From Daphnia carinata (Eukaryota): 64,000 nucleotides of DNA. Both the position numbers and the translations under genes were made by a program. Every line of letters starts with the position of its first letter. Positions within the stretch are counted from its first letter, which is position 1. The stretch spans positions 6,572,001 to 6,636,000 of the forward strand of contig NC_081332.1 in NCBI RefSeq assembly GCF_022539665.2, read 5' to 3'. Shown piece by piece: positions 12,818 through 26,786 of this stretch. The notes beneath the pieces are model-generated. The model made no database searches, was not told the DNA's origin, and saw only the letters and a program-made list of their open reading frames with translations.

Positions 12818-15800
12818 TTTTTCGATTTCCTGTTTTCTTTTTCTTTTTTCCCTTCTTCTCTTTTGTAGCAAAAAAAAAAAAAAACAGACTTATACGATAC
12901 ATCTCTAATGAAATTGCCCGCCAATTCTTTTTTGCCATTGTTCCCGTGGACTGGACAGCAAAGGAGCTATCGATCTACATTTAAGTCGGGTTGCACGCGT
13001 GCACGTTGCATCACCGGGCCCGGACGCCTCTGTTGTGTGTGCGCTGACCATCGAGAAGTCAATCAATCTGGCCAGGAAAGGAGGGCGGGTTGGCGGGATA
13101 GGAGGCTTCTTTTTTTTTTTTTAAATTCTTCTTCATTTGAGCCACTTGGCCTGATCTCTATCTAGTTTATGTCGACCCGGGCTCGCCAAAGATCCACTTC
13201 ATCTATATATGTCGGCAGAGAGAAAGGGAGAGACAGAGAATTGGCGGATACATGGGCCGGCAGCCCATCGCATCCACCGTAGCCCCCTTGATTGCATTCT
13301 TTCGGTTTAACGACGAGTTATCCTTCAACATGGTACGCTGCGTTTTACGCTGCCTACCCAAACGGCCGGCTTCGAAACGGGTTGGTTCGCAAACTCTTCC
13401 CAGTTTTACTTAAGCTACGTGAAGATTAGAATGTTGTTGGCATTGTTTCATCCGTTCAACAGTTGTGGAATGAAAATAATTAGGTACATTTTGGTGTCCA
13501 CGTTAGAAAACGTGATTGCCTTTAGGTATTTAAAAAATCTTCATAAAACATTCCTTGCGAGCTTTTTGCCTTTTTTTTTTTTTTTTTTCTGTGCCCGCTT
13601 GTTTTATTTGGTTTTTTCCGATAGGAACGGCGAATTCTTGGAAGCAGATACTTAAAAAAATTCCTTGAAAAAGAGGGAAAAGAAAAATAAATAAATATAT
13701 TATGGTGACTATAACCCTGTTATTGCCACTGAGAAATGTAAAAAATGGGGAAGTGTATACACGAAATAAAACAGACACACACAAAAAAAAAAAAAAAGGT
13801 TTCGGTTCCCCTCGAGTCAATTTCTCTGGCGTCTTGGAAATTGTCTTATCGAATGTAAGTCAGGTGGGGGAGGGTGGGGGGATTCATTTCGATACCCCAT
13901 TGCCATCTTATTAAATGCCGCCAAATAGATTATTATAATCACATGCCAAGGGGCTGGTACAAGTCAGTGGGTGCTATAGAACGAGCCCGCACGTCTAGTC
14001 CCTTACTATGCGTCTAGCTCTTGCTGCCGCCCGGCCCAATACACTTTGGAGGTAGATAAAATATTCCAATATGCCGTTCCGCCAGCATCCCAACTCATGC
14101 TAGCATCTGATCTTAGTTGCCATTGAATTACGACCGTCACTTTATAGCACATCAGGAGTCCTAGAGGCGGATCGATAGCGTGACGGATTCCTGCCAGCAG
14201 ATCGCGCCTCTCCAAGAAAAGACTTGCAGCCGCGTTTTTTTTTTTTTTTTTTGTTTTTTTTTAATATTTTTTTTTATTGATTTGATTTTTCTGTGTGTGT
14301 GTATGCGCGCGCGTGTCTCTATGTCTGTTGGCTATTCACTTGTTTTATTTTGTGCAAGATGAAGAAGAAGAAGAAGAAGAGAAAAAAAAAAAAAAAAATG
14401 CTTTAGACCATAGGGGACCATAGGGGGAGGTGGGGGGAGAGTGTGGGCTAGAAGGTGGAGGGATGAAACTGCGATACTGTTGGCGTGCGCTCTGATCGAT
14501 CTGTGGCAAAGTAAATCGAATTCAGTGACCGCTCTCGACGCCCATCGGCCACCGCGCTGAAACCTCCCTCCCTGGAGAGCGTTCTCTGTCCAGCACCACG
14601 GGGCGGCTGTATTTCACGCTCTCTTCAGGAAAAAAAAAAAAAAAAAAAAAAAGGGTGGAACAAAAAAAAAAAAAAAAATGTGTACCGTATAGGAATATAC
14701 TCTCCATATCGTTGAAGCAAACGGAGAGACTGTGCGAGATAGATAGGCGATGCAGTCCCCCACACAACGACGCTAGTTAAGAGTTAAGACCAATATTGAA
14801 ATTTTTCTTAAGTGCCAGATAGAAATAATAAATTTTTCTATTTCTTCCGTCTCACTCCGTAGCAGCTTACGCATCAGTTCGTTCCGCGTGCATGACTTAC
14901 TGTTTTCTTTTTTTGTTGTTGTTGTTGTTGTTGGTTGGTTAACGTAACGACCGAAAATACATATAAATATACGTATATACAGTATATATATATGAAACGT
15001 TCGAAATGGGTGATGGCGCTATCTGTCATGCAAATTTGTTGTGTTTGTATCTCCCGCAGTGTTGGCAGCACGCGTCCCTTTTTTTTATTTGTTCTATCCG
15101 AAACTGAACGGGGCGGAAACATGGAAGAATAAGTTAGAAACAACGGCTTCAATGCTGATGAAGAATCGAGGCACAAGCGAGTGATGCACGTGTCCGCTAA
15201 ATCAATAGCGCTTCGTTAAAAGATGAACGATGAAGATTTTTTTGTTGCACCGCGGCAAGATGCGACACGATGTATTAGTGAATCTATAATGACTATAGGT
15301 CAAAGGGGTTTCTTGCGGTTTACAAAACGAGTAGCGCTTAAAGCTTGTCGAACGCAAACATCAACAACAAAAAAATCATTAAGGACACCTGGTACAAACG
15401 CACCTACACGTGCAATTCATTTTTTTTTTTTTTTTTCCTTTCTTTTATTTTTTTTTTTAGCCGTGGAGAAACTGAAACGGCAAAGATTGCCGTGACGATG
15501 GTTACATGTTCGTAGTCTTCGAGCTCACTCATGCATAATGTATAGAAAACAAGGAGTGAATAGGGGCCTGCATAGGATAATAAATACAAGGGATTATATG
15601 CGTCCTGTCGATTTGAATTTCAAACAGATTTAGCAGGCAAAGAGTAGTCATCGCACACCTCTTGCATTTCATGTCGTACTTTTCGCGTTTCTATACGTCA
15701 TCCCAACTTGAAAACCATCTGATAAACAGTTAAGGATTTGCACGAGGTATACCAAAGGTCGACGTGACCTATTGCGCTGCATTAAAAAAGACGCGACATT

Positions 15801-18800
15801 CGCCTTCTTTTCTCCGACTCTTTTCAACGGCGATCTCAATTTGGCCCTTTGCTGTTTTGCGAAAAACAAACCAATGGCATTTTCAAATCTGCGCATCGCT
15901 TCGCGGAAAAAAAAAAAAAAAAAAAAAAAACACTTCAAAATTGCTTACCTTTTGTGACTTGTGATTGATTAAAAGACTTTGATCGATCACTTGGGGGCTG
16001 TCCTGCTGTATGCAAATGACCATTTTGCTTCGTATGTATTTTCATGTAGCTACACAGGTGTTGTGTGTCTACCTACCTCAGTTAATTTATTTAACGTGTA
16101 GCGACAGGTACAACGCCGATGGCGTGAGGGGACTAGAAGTGTATTTAAGAAAGGAAACGTCTATGGTGAAGTGATAAACAGAATATTAATGGTTTTCTTT
16201 TTTTTTTTTTCTCTCTCTTTCTTTTTCTTCCTTATTGTCCCTTTTGTGTTGTATTCTTTTATTGTAGGTGACGTGGTTTCGAAGGAAAGACTTCCATCTG
16301 CTGACAGTGGGACACGCCGTGTACTCGAGCGACGAACGGTTCCATGTGCAAGGACCAATGCGATCTACTCAGGTGACGAGTTGAAATCATTTCAAAAGTA
16401 GAACGTTCTTTTTACCGTGTCTAAAGCGTTGCGACACCTGGCCTCTTCCCTAGCGTCTTTTTGCACCCGGTTATTCTTTCCATTTTCGACGTTCGAATCA
16501 ATATCTCTCGATTCTATCTTCTTCTTCTTCCTTTTTTTTTTTTTTTTTTTTTTTTTTTTCTTCCCTATTTTCATCTTTTTTCTTTTATATCTAATTCCGC
16601 TTTCCTTTTATTCAATTTTTTCATTTTTGTCTTCTCCTGAGTTCTCTATCTATTCAGCCTCTAGTGCCTATATAAAAACAAGATGTCGGCATCCGTAACG
16701 AAAGGGCGTTCGGCTAAAAGTTTTTCTTTTTTTTTTTTTAAGCCAATCTCTAAGATTTACATATAGTCGTTCCAAATGAAACGTCGGCTTCTCTCCCCCC
16801 CCCCCTCCTTTTTGTGTATGTGTGTTAAACGGGACTTGAAAATGTAGGAGAAGAGCCTAAGGTCGCCAGTTGGAAAACTCGTCTAGAGGACAGTGAATGG
16901 GGGCAATCATATTTTTATTGAATGCGATTCAAATAATCGATCGAAGAGGGCGCGATGGAAAAGAGAGGACATTTGTTAACGCACATCTATCGACGCTTTG
17001 CCATAAGGTTTCAATATATAACGCGAATGTATTACGCCTGATTTATAATGTCCATTTTGAAAGAATGGAAAAGAGAATTCCTGGAACGCTGGCGAGGAGT
17101 GAATGTAAGGTCCATAGCTGCATTTTTCTGTTCCAGCACTCTCCGATCTAGAACCTACTCCTAATGTTTATTTTGTCAAGATGCAATACTCAGGTAATGG
17201 TTCAAGTGCATACAACATTCCAGTAAAAATTCCATTTGCCATGTTTCTTACTCTACTCGGACGAGCCATTTTCTTTCAATAAAATATCGATTTCTAAGAA
17301 GATAAGTAGATGAAAGCATTCTGCACTTAAACTTGGCATGTGTACAACGCCCCAAACACCCCCCCCCCCCTCCCACCCATACCGATCCCCTGCATATATT
17401 TTTTATTTTTCTGGCCGTTAAACTTCATGTCAGATTTCTTAGCCAGCAAGTACCTCCACTTTTATAATTAGAAATCAGAAAGGTGGAGAGGGGAGCATTC
17501 CGAGTAGTCACCGATGGCTGTATGAACGACTCAAGATTTTCGTGAAGATGTTCCTCAATAACCGCACGCACTTGCCGTTCGGTTATCGTTTCTATAGTTC
17601 GCCCCAGCCTGCATCGTCAAAATAATTAGTTAGGTGGCACGCACCACCGCACAGGTATTTTGATTCGCAATTTCACTTGGCGCACTGCATGGGCACACAC
17701 ACGCACATTGGAAATGGAACGAGGGTTGCATCAGGGCACGGACACACGGGGCAGGGGAGGTCGTCCCCTCGATGTACGCACTTGGAGCACAATCTGCGCG
17801 CTGGAAGGACTCCGGAGGAACAGCAGTTTGGGATAGCAAAAAAAAAAAAAATGCCTTCGCGTACACGAATGTACTCGCTAGACAATTTACGTTTGAAGTC
17901 TAACGAACCGACGCAAATGTCACTCTCCCCGCCGATGACTTATACCGTACGACCCGTGTATTTGAAAGGACACAGACAGATCGAATATTGAAGAGCCTCT
18001 GTGAGTCTACGCGACTTAATTGTAAGGAAATGGCGCGACGGCAAGAGCCTATACTTGAACGGCAAATCAAAGATATCGGTAAGGTATCTAGAACGAAAAT
18101 TTCATGTTTTCTTTTCTTTTTTTTTTTTTCTGAAGCATCCTTCCCTTTTGCGCTTGTCTTACATAAGAAAAACTTTTCTTTTTCGCCATACGTACAGACG
18201 GTTTCGATAGAAACACGCAACCTGTCAACACGAAGCCTATATACATTCACAATATAAATAATGCACATTTTCATTCGTCGAACCGTAAGAAGACCTACAA
18301 TACAGATAAGAAGAGATAAAACATTTCAAATCAAAATCCGTCTCTATCCATCCAGTTCCGTTGTTGAACTGAGTGATTTTTTACAGCAGGAAAGAGAGGA
18401 ACGTACTAGTCAAAAGACAGGGTGACAGGACAGGGGAAAAAGAAAAAGAGCTGACATTCGACTTTTGAATGTTTGATTGATTGGCTGGAGTAGGAAAAAA
18501 AAAAAAAAAACGCGAATAAACCAAACACTGCTACCCTGTCTGCTCAGATAGAGTATAGCTACATATATTTTATTTAAAAAAACTGCTAGCCATAACAGAA
18601 CTATTCTTTGAAATATTCATGTCGGCCGCCCACGTTTGCCGACGTGTGCCCAGCCCTACTCCGTCGTCACATCAAAGGCAGTGGGACGAACAACCAATGG
18701 AAGGGGACAACATCTTCTTGTACATTCTCTCGCTTCCCTATCCGTTTGGCTCGTTTTCGTCCCTCTTTTTCTTCCTTTTTTCTACAGTCCGGGCCGATCT

Positions 18801-21800
18801 CTCCGACAATAGATTCCTTCTTAGCAGATGATTTTCTATGGATTCCACCGTTCCGCTTTTCAGCACGTCTAGTCAGCAACGCTACTCAGTGTCTGCAACT
18901 CGAGGCTAGAAAATATACAGCAGCATCCAGCTGCATTGAGATATATATATATATATATATATATACAGTATATAGATATATACTGAATAGACATGTTTAC
19001 ATAGTGGTGGTAGGGCACACTTTGTGAACGACGGCCATGTGTCGAATGCGAAACGAATGAATGATGTACTAGAAAGAGAGCGACAGAAGAAAATACACGA
19101 GCTATGTAAGGGTGGGTCGATGGAGGCGGGAGGTCGCGGTAAAGAAGGGAGAGGCAAAGGTTTTAAGAAAACGTGACGGTTGATGCGGCAGACGCGTCCA
19201 AGTAGCACGAGACGACAGCGGCTGAAACAAATGGTGTGGGAGGTGGTAGCAGGATGTTGAATTGCACCATTTTTATTTATTTTTCTCTTTCTTTGGTTTT
19301 TATTTTATTTCTCTCTTTTCTCTGTCTCTTTTTTTTTTTAAATGTCCCGTGTCCGTGTCAATAAAGAATTTTTTTTTTTTTTTTTTTTCTTTTGAGGTAC
19401 CGGTATAAAGGGAAAAATAATAACGAACGTTAAGAACATGGCCAGCTGTTTCCATTGGGGAAATAAGACGAGTGACATTGTTTTGTTTTGTTTTTTTTTT
19501 TCGTCTCGCTTGGGCCTAACGTTTTTTTTTTTTATTGCCGAAATCTTCAGCGTCTCGCTTGCTCAGTGAATCTAGAAAAAGATCTTTAAACACAAAAAGA
19601 AATGAAAAAAAAAACAAAACAAAACAAAACAAAAATAGAATGATCCGTTCGGTTGTGTTCAACTTGACGCCCACCATCTTATTATGCATTCGGCACGTTT
19701 AAAAATAACCCGATATCTAGATAAATCTATTGTGATATCTTTTACATCTCTCTATCGAAAGAATGGGATAAAAAAAACAAAAAAACATACAGTACATCCA
19801 AGAATACACGTATCACAGCAAGAACGTCCTTGTGCGATTGGCTGGGAAGCCTTTCATCGACTTTTTTCTGTTCCCCTTGTAAAGGTATTCCAATTATTCA
19901 AATTCCTTTGCAACAAATTCGCGATTCTCTACTTTGGCTCCGTACTTTGTTGACAAGCTGTTAAAAAAAAAAAAAAAAAAAAAACTCGAATAAGGCAGCC
20001 GCACTTTGTTATCTAGCGCTGCCGAGCAACATCCATTTTGTTTCTTTCGTCGCCAGTTGTTCTTCATGTCGAACGTTCCTCGTTTCCGCTCGATTTTGCT
20101 TTCTCCCCTTCGCTGTGCGGTCGTGTTGTCTTTATAATCCCTCCCCTCCAAATTCTATCATCACTCATCAGACGAAAAAAAAAAAATAATAATAAAACGG
20201 AAGCGCCCCTATTCAAACCGAAACGAAAGAAAAGGGTCTACTGGCTATTTGCGTGAAGACGATCCAACTCTTTTGAATGCTCACTATGAGTTACCTCAGA
20301 TACACACATTTTATTTATTTTATTTATTTATATTTTTTTTTTTTGCGAACGCCCGTTAGCTGAGTCTTAGGTCTACTTCCTAATCCGCTTTCTTCTTCTT
20401 CTTTTTCCTTTTTTTTCATGATGGATTCTGTTTGTTTTTTTTTTCCCCTTTTTTGCCCACGTCCGTGCGCGATTGCTGCTTTCACCGCTGGATGTTGGCT
20501 GTGCCTGTGCTGCGTCGATCCGGCCCGTATATTCCCAGACTCAAGATTGGGCACTGCAGATCCGCTTCGTCCAGGAGCGCGACGCCGGATTGTACGAATG
20601 CCAGCTGTCGACTCATCCACCCAGCAGCCTCTTCGTCGAGCTCGTCGTCGTCGGTGAGTTCGTTCCTCCTTTATTTTTCTCTGTCTATACTCTTCTAGCT
20701 TATTCCTCATCGCCCTATTCTTCTAACGGGCTGTACACCCCGATCCTTGGGACGATTTCGACTATTTTGTGTGTTTGTTTTGTATTTTTTATTTGGCTCT
20801 CTGCTGTCGAATGCTGGCCAAAAAAAGAGGTTTTTTTTTTTTTGTTGTAGAAATCGAGGCTGCGAAAAAAAAAAAAGAAAATGAAGACAAAAGGGAAAGG
20901 TGAAGGAAGACAAAGTAAGTCGGAAAGTTTTGCGCGCGGTAACACACGTCCGTTGACCTACAGGCCCGGAAAACATGAAAAAGACGGTCTTAACTGCTGC
21001 CGAGAGCTAATTAACGTCTCTGATGAAATGGAAAGATTGAGCTGCTCTTCTTCTTCTTCTTCTTTCCTGTTTGACTAATTGATCCAACACCATGGGAATT
21101 GTAGGCGAACGCGTATGCACGAGCCATTACGATGGATGTTATAGGGCGGAGAATGAAAAAAAAAAAAAAAAAAAAAAAATGGGAAAAGTTTTGCGAGGAA
21201 CCTTCTTGATGGCCACGTCCGGCGTTGCCCCATCAGTCTGAATCAAATGGAGTGGATGAGAATCAGGCTTCTATCCTTACACTGTATCTCATTATAACTT
21301 TTTTTTTTTTTTTTTTTTTTAGTTCATTTAACCAAATGAGGAACAAGGAAAAAAAAATAAATTAAGACTGGCATGTTTCTTGTTTTTAGTTTTTCTAATG
21401 GAATCGACTAAAAGGGCGGAATCTTTCATGACGTAACGAGTAATTCTAACAGGTAACGCTAAGTGCCTCCTGTTTGTATCCGCGCTGTTGTTTGGGAATT
21501 CTATTCCGGCAAGGTCGAGTGTTTCAATCGCATCCTCACGCACTCGATCTCAACGAACGCAACGCCAAAAGGAAACAAAAAAAACAAAAAAACAAAAAAA
21601 AAACGGCAACTGGAAGAATGTTCACGCTCGCGAACGCCTACGTTCTTCGCATTTATTTGTGGGCGAAAATAGTTCGAAGAAGTAGAGCTCTGGGGGCGCT
21701 CTCTTTCCAAGTACGAAGCGTGGAAGGCAAACAACTTCTCTTTTTCAATCGGCTATTTTTCGGTCACTCTCTCATTGCTCTATTCTTGTTCCGTTATGGG

Positions 21801-23078
21801 TCGATCGATCGATAGAACGAAAGGGCAATGTATACGTAATCAAATGGAGCAATGCCTAACTTTCTACTCGCGTTTCTATACTGTCCTTTTCGGTTGTTGT
21901 TTCTTTTCATTTTCTCAGTCGATTCTCATTTGATTGCGCGGTAAAACACAACCACGATTCGGCAGTCACGCATTTCAAGATGCACTGCATCGCCATTTTA
22001 TTTATCTATACTTACTTGGTTTGGCAAATTCGATTTGCATCCGAAACGGGCGGGCACCGGTATCAATGCATAAACTTTGCGCAGGGCAATTGGGTAGCAT
22101 TTCACATAGAAATTAGCCTACCGGTAAAACAGGACATCGGAGGCCCTTCGAAACTTAGGGACAAATGAAAAAAGCGACTCGACTTGAATGAGAAAGGAAC
22201 GATATCGAATGACGAGCTCGCAGAAAATGTTTCCATGGCTATCAATCGATATTGACCGACGCGAGCAAGAAAAAAAAAAAAAAATAAATAAAATAAAATA
22301 AAAACTTTTCATGAATGTAAACTGAATCGTTTCGGGTTGCAATGGAAACCCATTCGATACAAATTTTGTGACGGTGTTTGCTGTTTCCTCCCCCCTTTGA
22401 CGGCAGCAAAATGGCCGCCTTGGCCATTATATGCGCCCTGCGCTAAACCAATAGATTTTTTTTTGGCTCTGTAACGATTGCAATGGCCGACGTAACATCA
22501 AGGGTAACGGTTTCGTTCGACTGACGTCATCATCTGGCGTTATCAGTTAATGTCATGTTGATCTTGTCATTGCTACGTCCCCTCCCTCCATTTTTTGTTT
22601 TCACATTTTATGTTTCGATAATACATTTGTGTTGGCAGCGCGACGGAGCTCGTCCCTCGTGTAGACGAAATAAGGCAATGACATCTGTGGTGAATGAAAC
22701 TGTCCTTTATTTTTTTTTTTTTCTCTCAATGCAACAGAGGCCCATGCCGAGATCGACGGCGGACCGGAGAAATACGTCAAGAGCGGTAGCACGTTGAAGC
22801 TGACGTGCCACCTGAGACAGAGCAGTGTGACTCCCGATTTCGTCTTCTGGTATCAAGACGAACGTATGATCAACTACGAAGGGGCAGCCGGCGTCAAAGT
22901 CATCAGTGACGCAGCATCCAGCACACTCATCATCGAACGAGCTCAGAGCGTCCACTCGGGCAACTACTCGTGCGTCCCCTACAATGTCAACCCGTCGTCC
23001 GTCATCGTTCACATCCTCAATGGTATAAATCCGTTTGAAATGCTCGCAATTCCTCTTTCTGCCTCTCTTTCACTTCCC

Positions 23079-23123
<45 letters not shown>

Positions 23124-26100
23124 CTTCGTATTTCAGCACGTCCGTTACGACCCACTCTACTTCACTAACCACTCCAATTTCCGACTTCTTCGGCTTGTCT
23201 CCTGATTCTCCTCCTCGCCTACCTTATTCCGTCTCGTTACTCCACTCAGCATGTACTTGGTATTTCCTTTTTTTTTTTTTACCTGTTTTTTTTCCAACCT
23301 ACCTCTTCTTGATGGATTGCTTCAAGATACCAACATCGTCGACATTCGCTAACGACATTCAACGATATTGAAGTCTTCTTTCTTCGCTTCAATATTCTTT
23401 TCAAATCAAGGCCTAATGACGATGTCGGGGATAGAAGTAAAAAAAAAAAAAAAAAAAAGAAAACATTCTCTTCAGATCTATAATCCTGATGTACACATCA
23501 GTGCTGTACAAATCTACGTTAAAGCATGCCCGCGAGGGGATATAGCCTATTCATAGCGGTTATTGGTCGTTCGGTCAAATACTCGGCCACAGAATAAGAA
23601 TAGCTGATGGCATTAGGACGAAAAGAGGCAGGCCAAAATGCGGCAACAGTATACACCGCTGGTTGAACGGCTTAGTGGGGGCAAACACATAAAAGATTTT
23701 TAGCCAGGTTGTCGTTAATACATTTATTGCTGCCTTTTTAACTATTAGGGCTTCCACCCGTCCAAGAAAAGCAGGTGCATTTTATGAAATGAATTTTCAA
23801 AGAAAAACGCCATCTTCGTTTATCTACCCCCATCTGGTTAGAGATTTCGTGTGTGCAAAGTACAGCTATTTTTAAACGTCAAACTCGTTTGCGACGCACT
23901 TACTACGCCATTGGATGGCGGTCGCCTTTGCGTAGCTTTTAGTCGTTCGTTATCTTTACGTTTATCTGCATTTAATTTTTGCTGTTAAAAAATATCCCAT
24001 ACGGATCAATTATTGCCGATTACAGCACGAAACCATTAACCAAGAAATGGATTTTGACTCATAATAATTTTGTTTGATATCATTCCTTACGGTTACGTGT
24101 GTTTAAGTGTATTGATTTTTCGGTGCTTCGGCAAATGTCGGTGCAATCAGGGAATAATAAATGGAGCCAGGTCTGAGTGTGCAGTTCAACGTGTAGATGT
24201 CAACTAGTTTTGCCCGATCTCCTTCAACACAATTACGCAGCGTAAAAAGAGAAAAATGGGTTCAGTACGCCAATTATGATGATGTATTTTGATCTCACGT
24301 TTCCACGGCTCCCGAAGTATTGTGCGATGGCGTTAGACTTTCGGCTAATGCCTCCTCTCGCACACGCCAATTGGAAAGCATTTCTATATAGTTGGCTCGT
24401 TAAACAGCTTCAACGATCAGCAGCAGCGCAAGGCAGTTTGTCATCCCCCGAAAAGTAGAATCCTCGGTATAATTCACTGACATTATTCTTTCCGGAAAAA
24501 GGCGAGAAACTCTACACTATATATCTAGACTACGCAGCATTTCAATTAGGATGTTGAAGAAGGCGAGAGCGTTTGCATACAGATAAAGTTGGACCATAAA
24601 AACTCGAACTTTTTTTTTTTTTGCTGCAGCCGCTCAGTCGTCAAGTACCATAATCTAACGTCTGCTCTTTAAGAGACAGATGAGTATGTAAAAAACAACA
24701 AAAAAAAACAAAAAAAAACAAAATGCGAGTCATCTTCCGGCGTTAGGCAGTACGGCCATAATGGAGTGTTAAGGAAACGAATGCAAAAAACTAAGGAAAA
24801 AAAAAAAACAAAAAAACAAAACATGATTTATTCGCCTACATGTACGTACGTTGACGCCAAATTTAAAGGGCGAACGCGAGGAGGCATCATCTTTAATCTT
24901 CCTCGTTTCTGCGAAAATGGAACACACCAAGCGTGAACTTGTTCTCGGCTCGTGAGAAGCTTGTCGGTGTTAGAGAAACCTTTTCCTCGTCAAATAAAAA
25001 GAAGGTCCATGTTCGTTCACTCCGTCCCGTAATCGAATTTGTCCAAGACCTGCCAGTTGCGACCAGACCGTTTTCTTATAGCGTCGCGAACGTATGCGTA
25101 CCGTTGTAGATAACAGGGTGAAAAAAACAAAAACAAAGCAAGAGAAATCGCGAGAACTATAGGGCAAAAGGCAGGCGACATCTGCATCAGTTCATCAATA
25201 TATTCTTCTGAAAGGTCAGGGGGATTTCTTTTTGGCGATAAAAGGAAACGTTATAAGCGGACAACTTGCGACGAAGGAAATGAAAGCAAAAGAAAAGGAA
25301 ATCATCCGCAAGAAAAATGAAAACAGTAACCAAGGGATAGAATGATTTATTTTTTTTTTTTTTTTTGATATCGCTGCATTTCTTGCGACGTCGACATTGC
25401 GACATGTTTTACTGTGTGCGACTATAGTCCCCACGTCCCACACGCTTTCTATCGCGATGTCAGCGTTGACGGGAGTGCGAAAAGTCATCTGACGGACGTT
25501 ATTCTCCTTCGTTCTTGTCCTGTAACCAATGGCTTCCACTCCACGACCTCAAAATGAATACGTTTTTTTTTTCGATGATATTACATAATACAACTCTTTG
25601 TTGTAACTATGTCCTATTACAGGGAAGTAGGCAAGGCTTCAAAAATTATTTTTGAAAAAAAAAATAAAAAATAGAAAATGTCAATCTTAGGTAAATCACA
25701 AGATACAATTAAAAGAAATGAATTAGACTAAGACAACGCAGATTAAATTGATCTCAATTTTCTTAATATGTCGTCCTCGCAAAATATCACATCGTGAGAG
25801 CAAATGGAAACAATTAAAAATGAAAGGGGGGACGACAGTTTGTTGTCCCTGAAATTGGGAAGCGAGGGGGGGGGGGAGAGGGGAATTCTTCATTACGTCG
25901 CTAGACACAGCAATGTAGCGCATGTAGCCTAGACCGCTACCGTCATGTGTACAAGTCTCCATACGTTATATATAAATATAGTGCCCAACTGTTTAATATC
26001 TAGCCTCGCTTTGAGGGGAGGGACAAAGGAAGAAGAAAATAACAAAAAAAAAAAAAAAAAAGAAGCTTTCCATGACAACGGTCGTGATAGTGCGGGAGGG

Positions 26101-26596
26101 GAAAAGTCGCCTAACGTGCATGATCCTATGCAACTCTTGCCTCTTTCCACTCCCTATATGTCCGGTCAGCGACATCACAGCGGTCCCAAAACGTCGTTTA
26201 TATATCATAGTGCCACGCTCGCCCGTTTTTGATGACAGCCTACACGCAGATGAAATTACGCCATTCAATTACTATTGGACGGAAACGAATGTACCAACAG
26301 CCGACTCCTTTTCAAATGAAAACCCCAGGAGAGAAGGGGGAGGGAGGGAAATACATCCGGACATTGAATGTGCCAACGCATCGAGCCCTTTGTTTCAAAT
26401 CAATTTTCGGCTAGGCTAAGGGTCATTTTAATTATTTTATATACCGAATAACATCTGGGGAGGGAAATGTCGAAAACAAGCGAACCGTCTGAACGCTACC
26501 CAATGGCTTTTATCGATTGGCGAAAGCTGCATTTACGTGACCGATTCCTCCGACATCCGGCAAAGTGTTTCACGGTATTTCTAGCTAAACGAAAAG

Positions 26597-26627
<31 letters not shown>

Positions 26628-26754
26628 TCCAACTGAGATTCACGGCCCAATATAACGTTATAAATACGAGCCAAACATGTCGAGTAATAAGGTGAAGAAC
26701 TCCAGTTGGGAAGGGTTTTGAACGGTCATTTTCGTGACTTGAGGCAAAAACGGT

Positions 26755-26786
<32 letters not shown>

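Noticed and set aside
18788..19027. Phase-0 acceptor and open frame inside Dpr intron 2
   Set aside because: It would interrupt Ig1, runs into an (AT)n repeat and has no convincing donor.
24151..24176. Alternative Dpr terminal exon GNNKWSQV* (secreted isoform)
   Set aside because: Phase-compatible, but the pyrimidine tract is poor and there is no other support.
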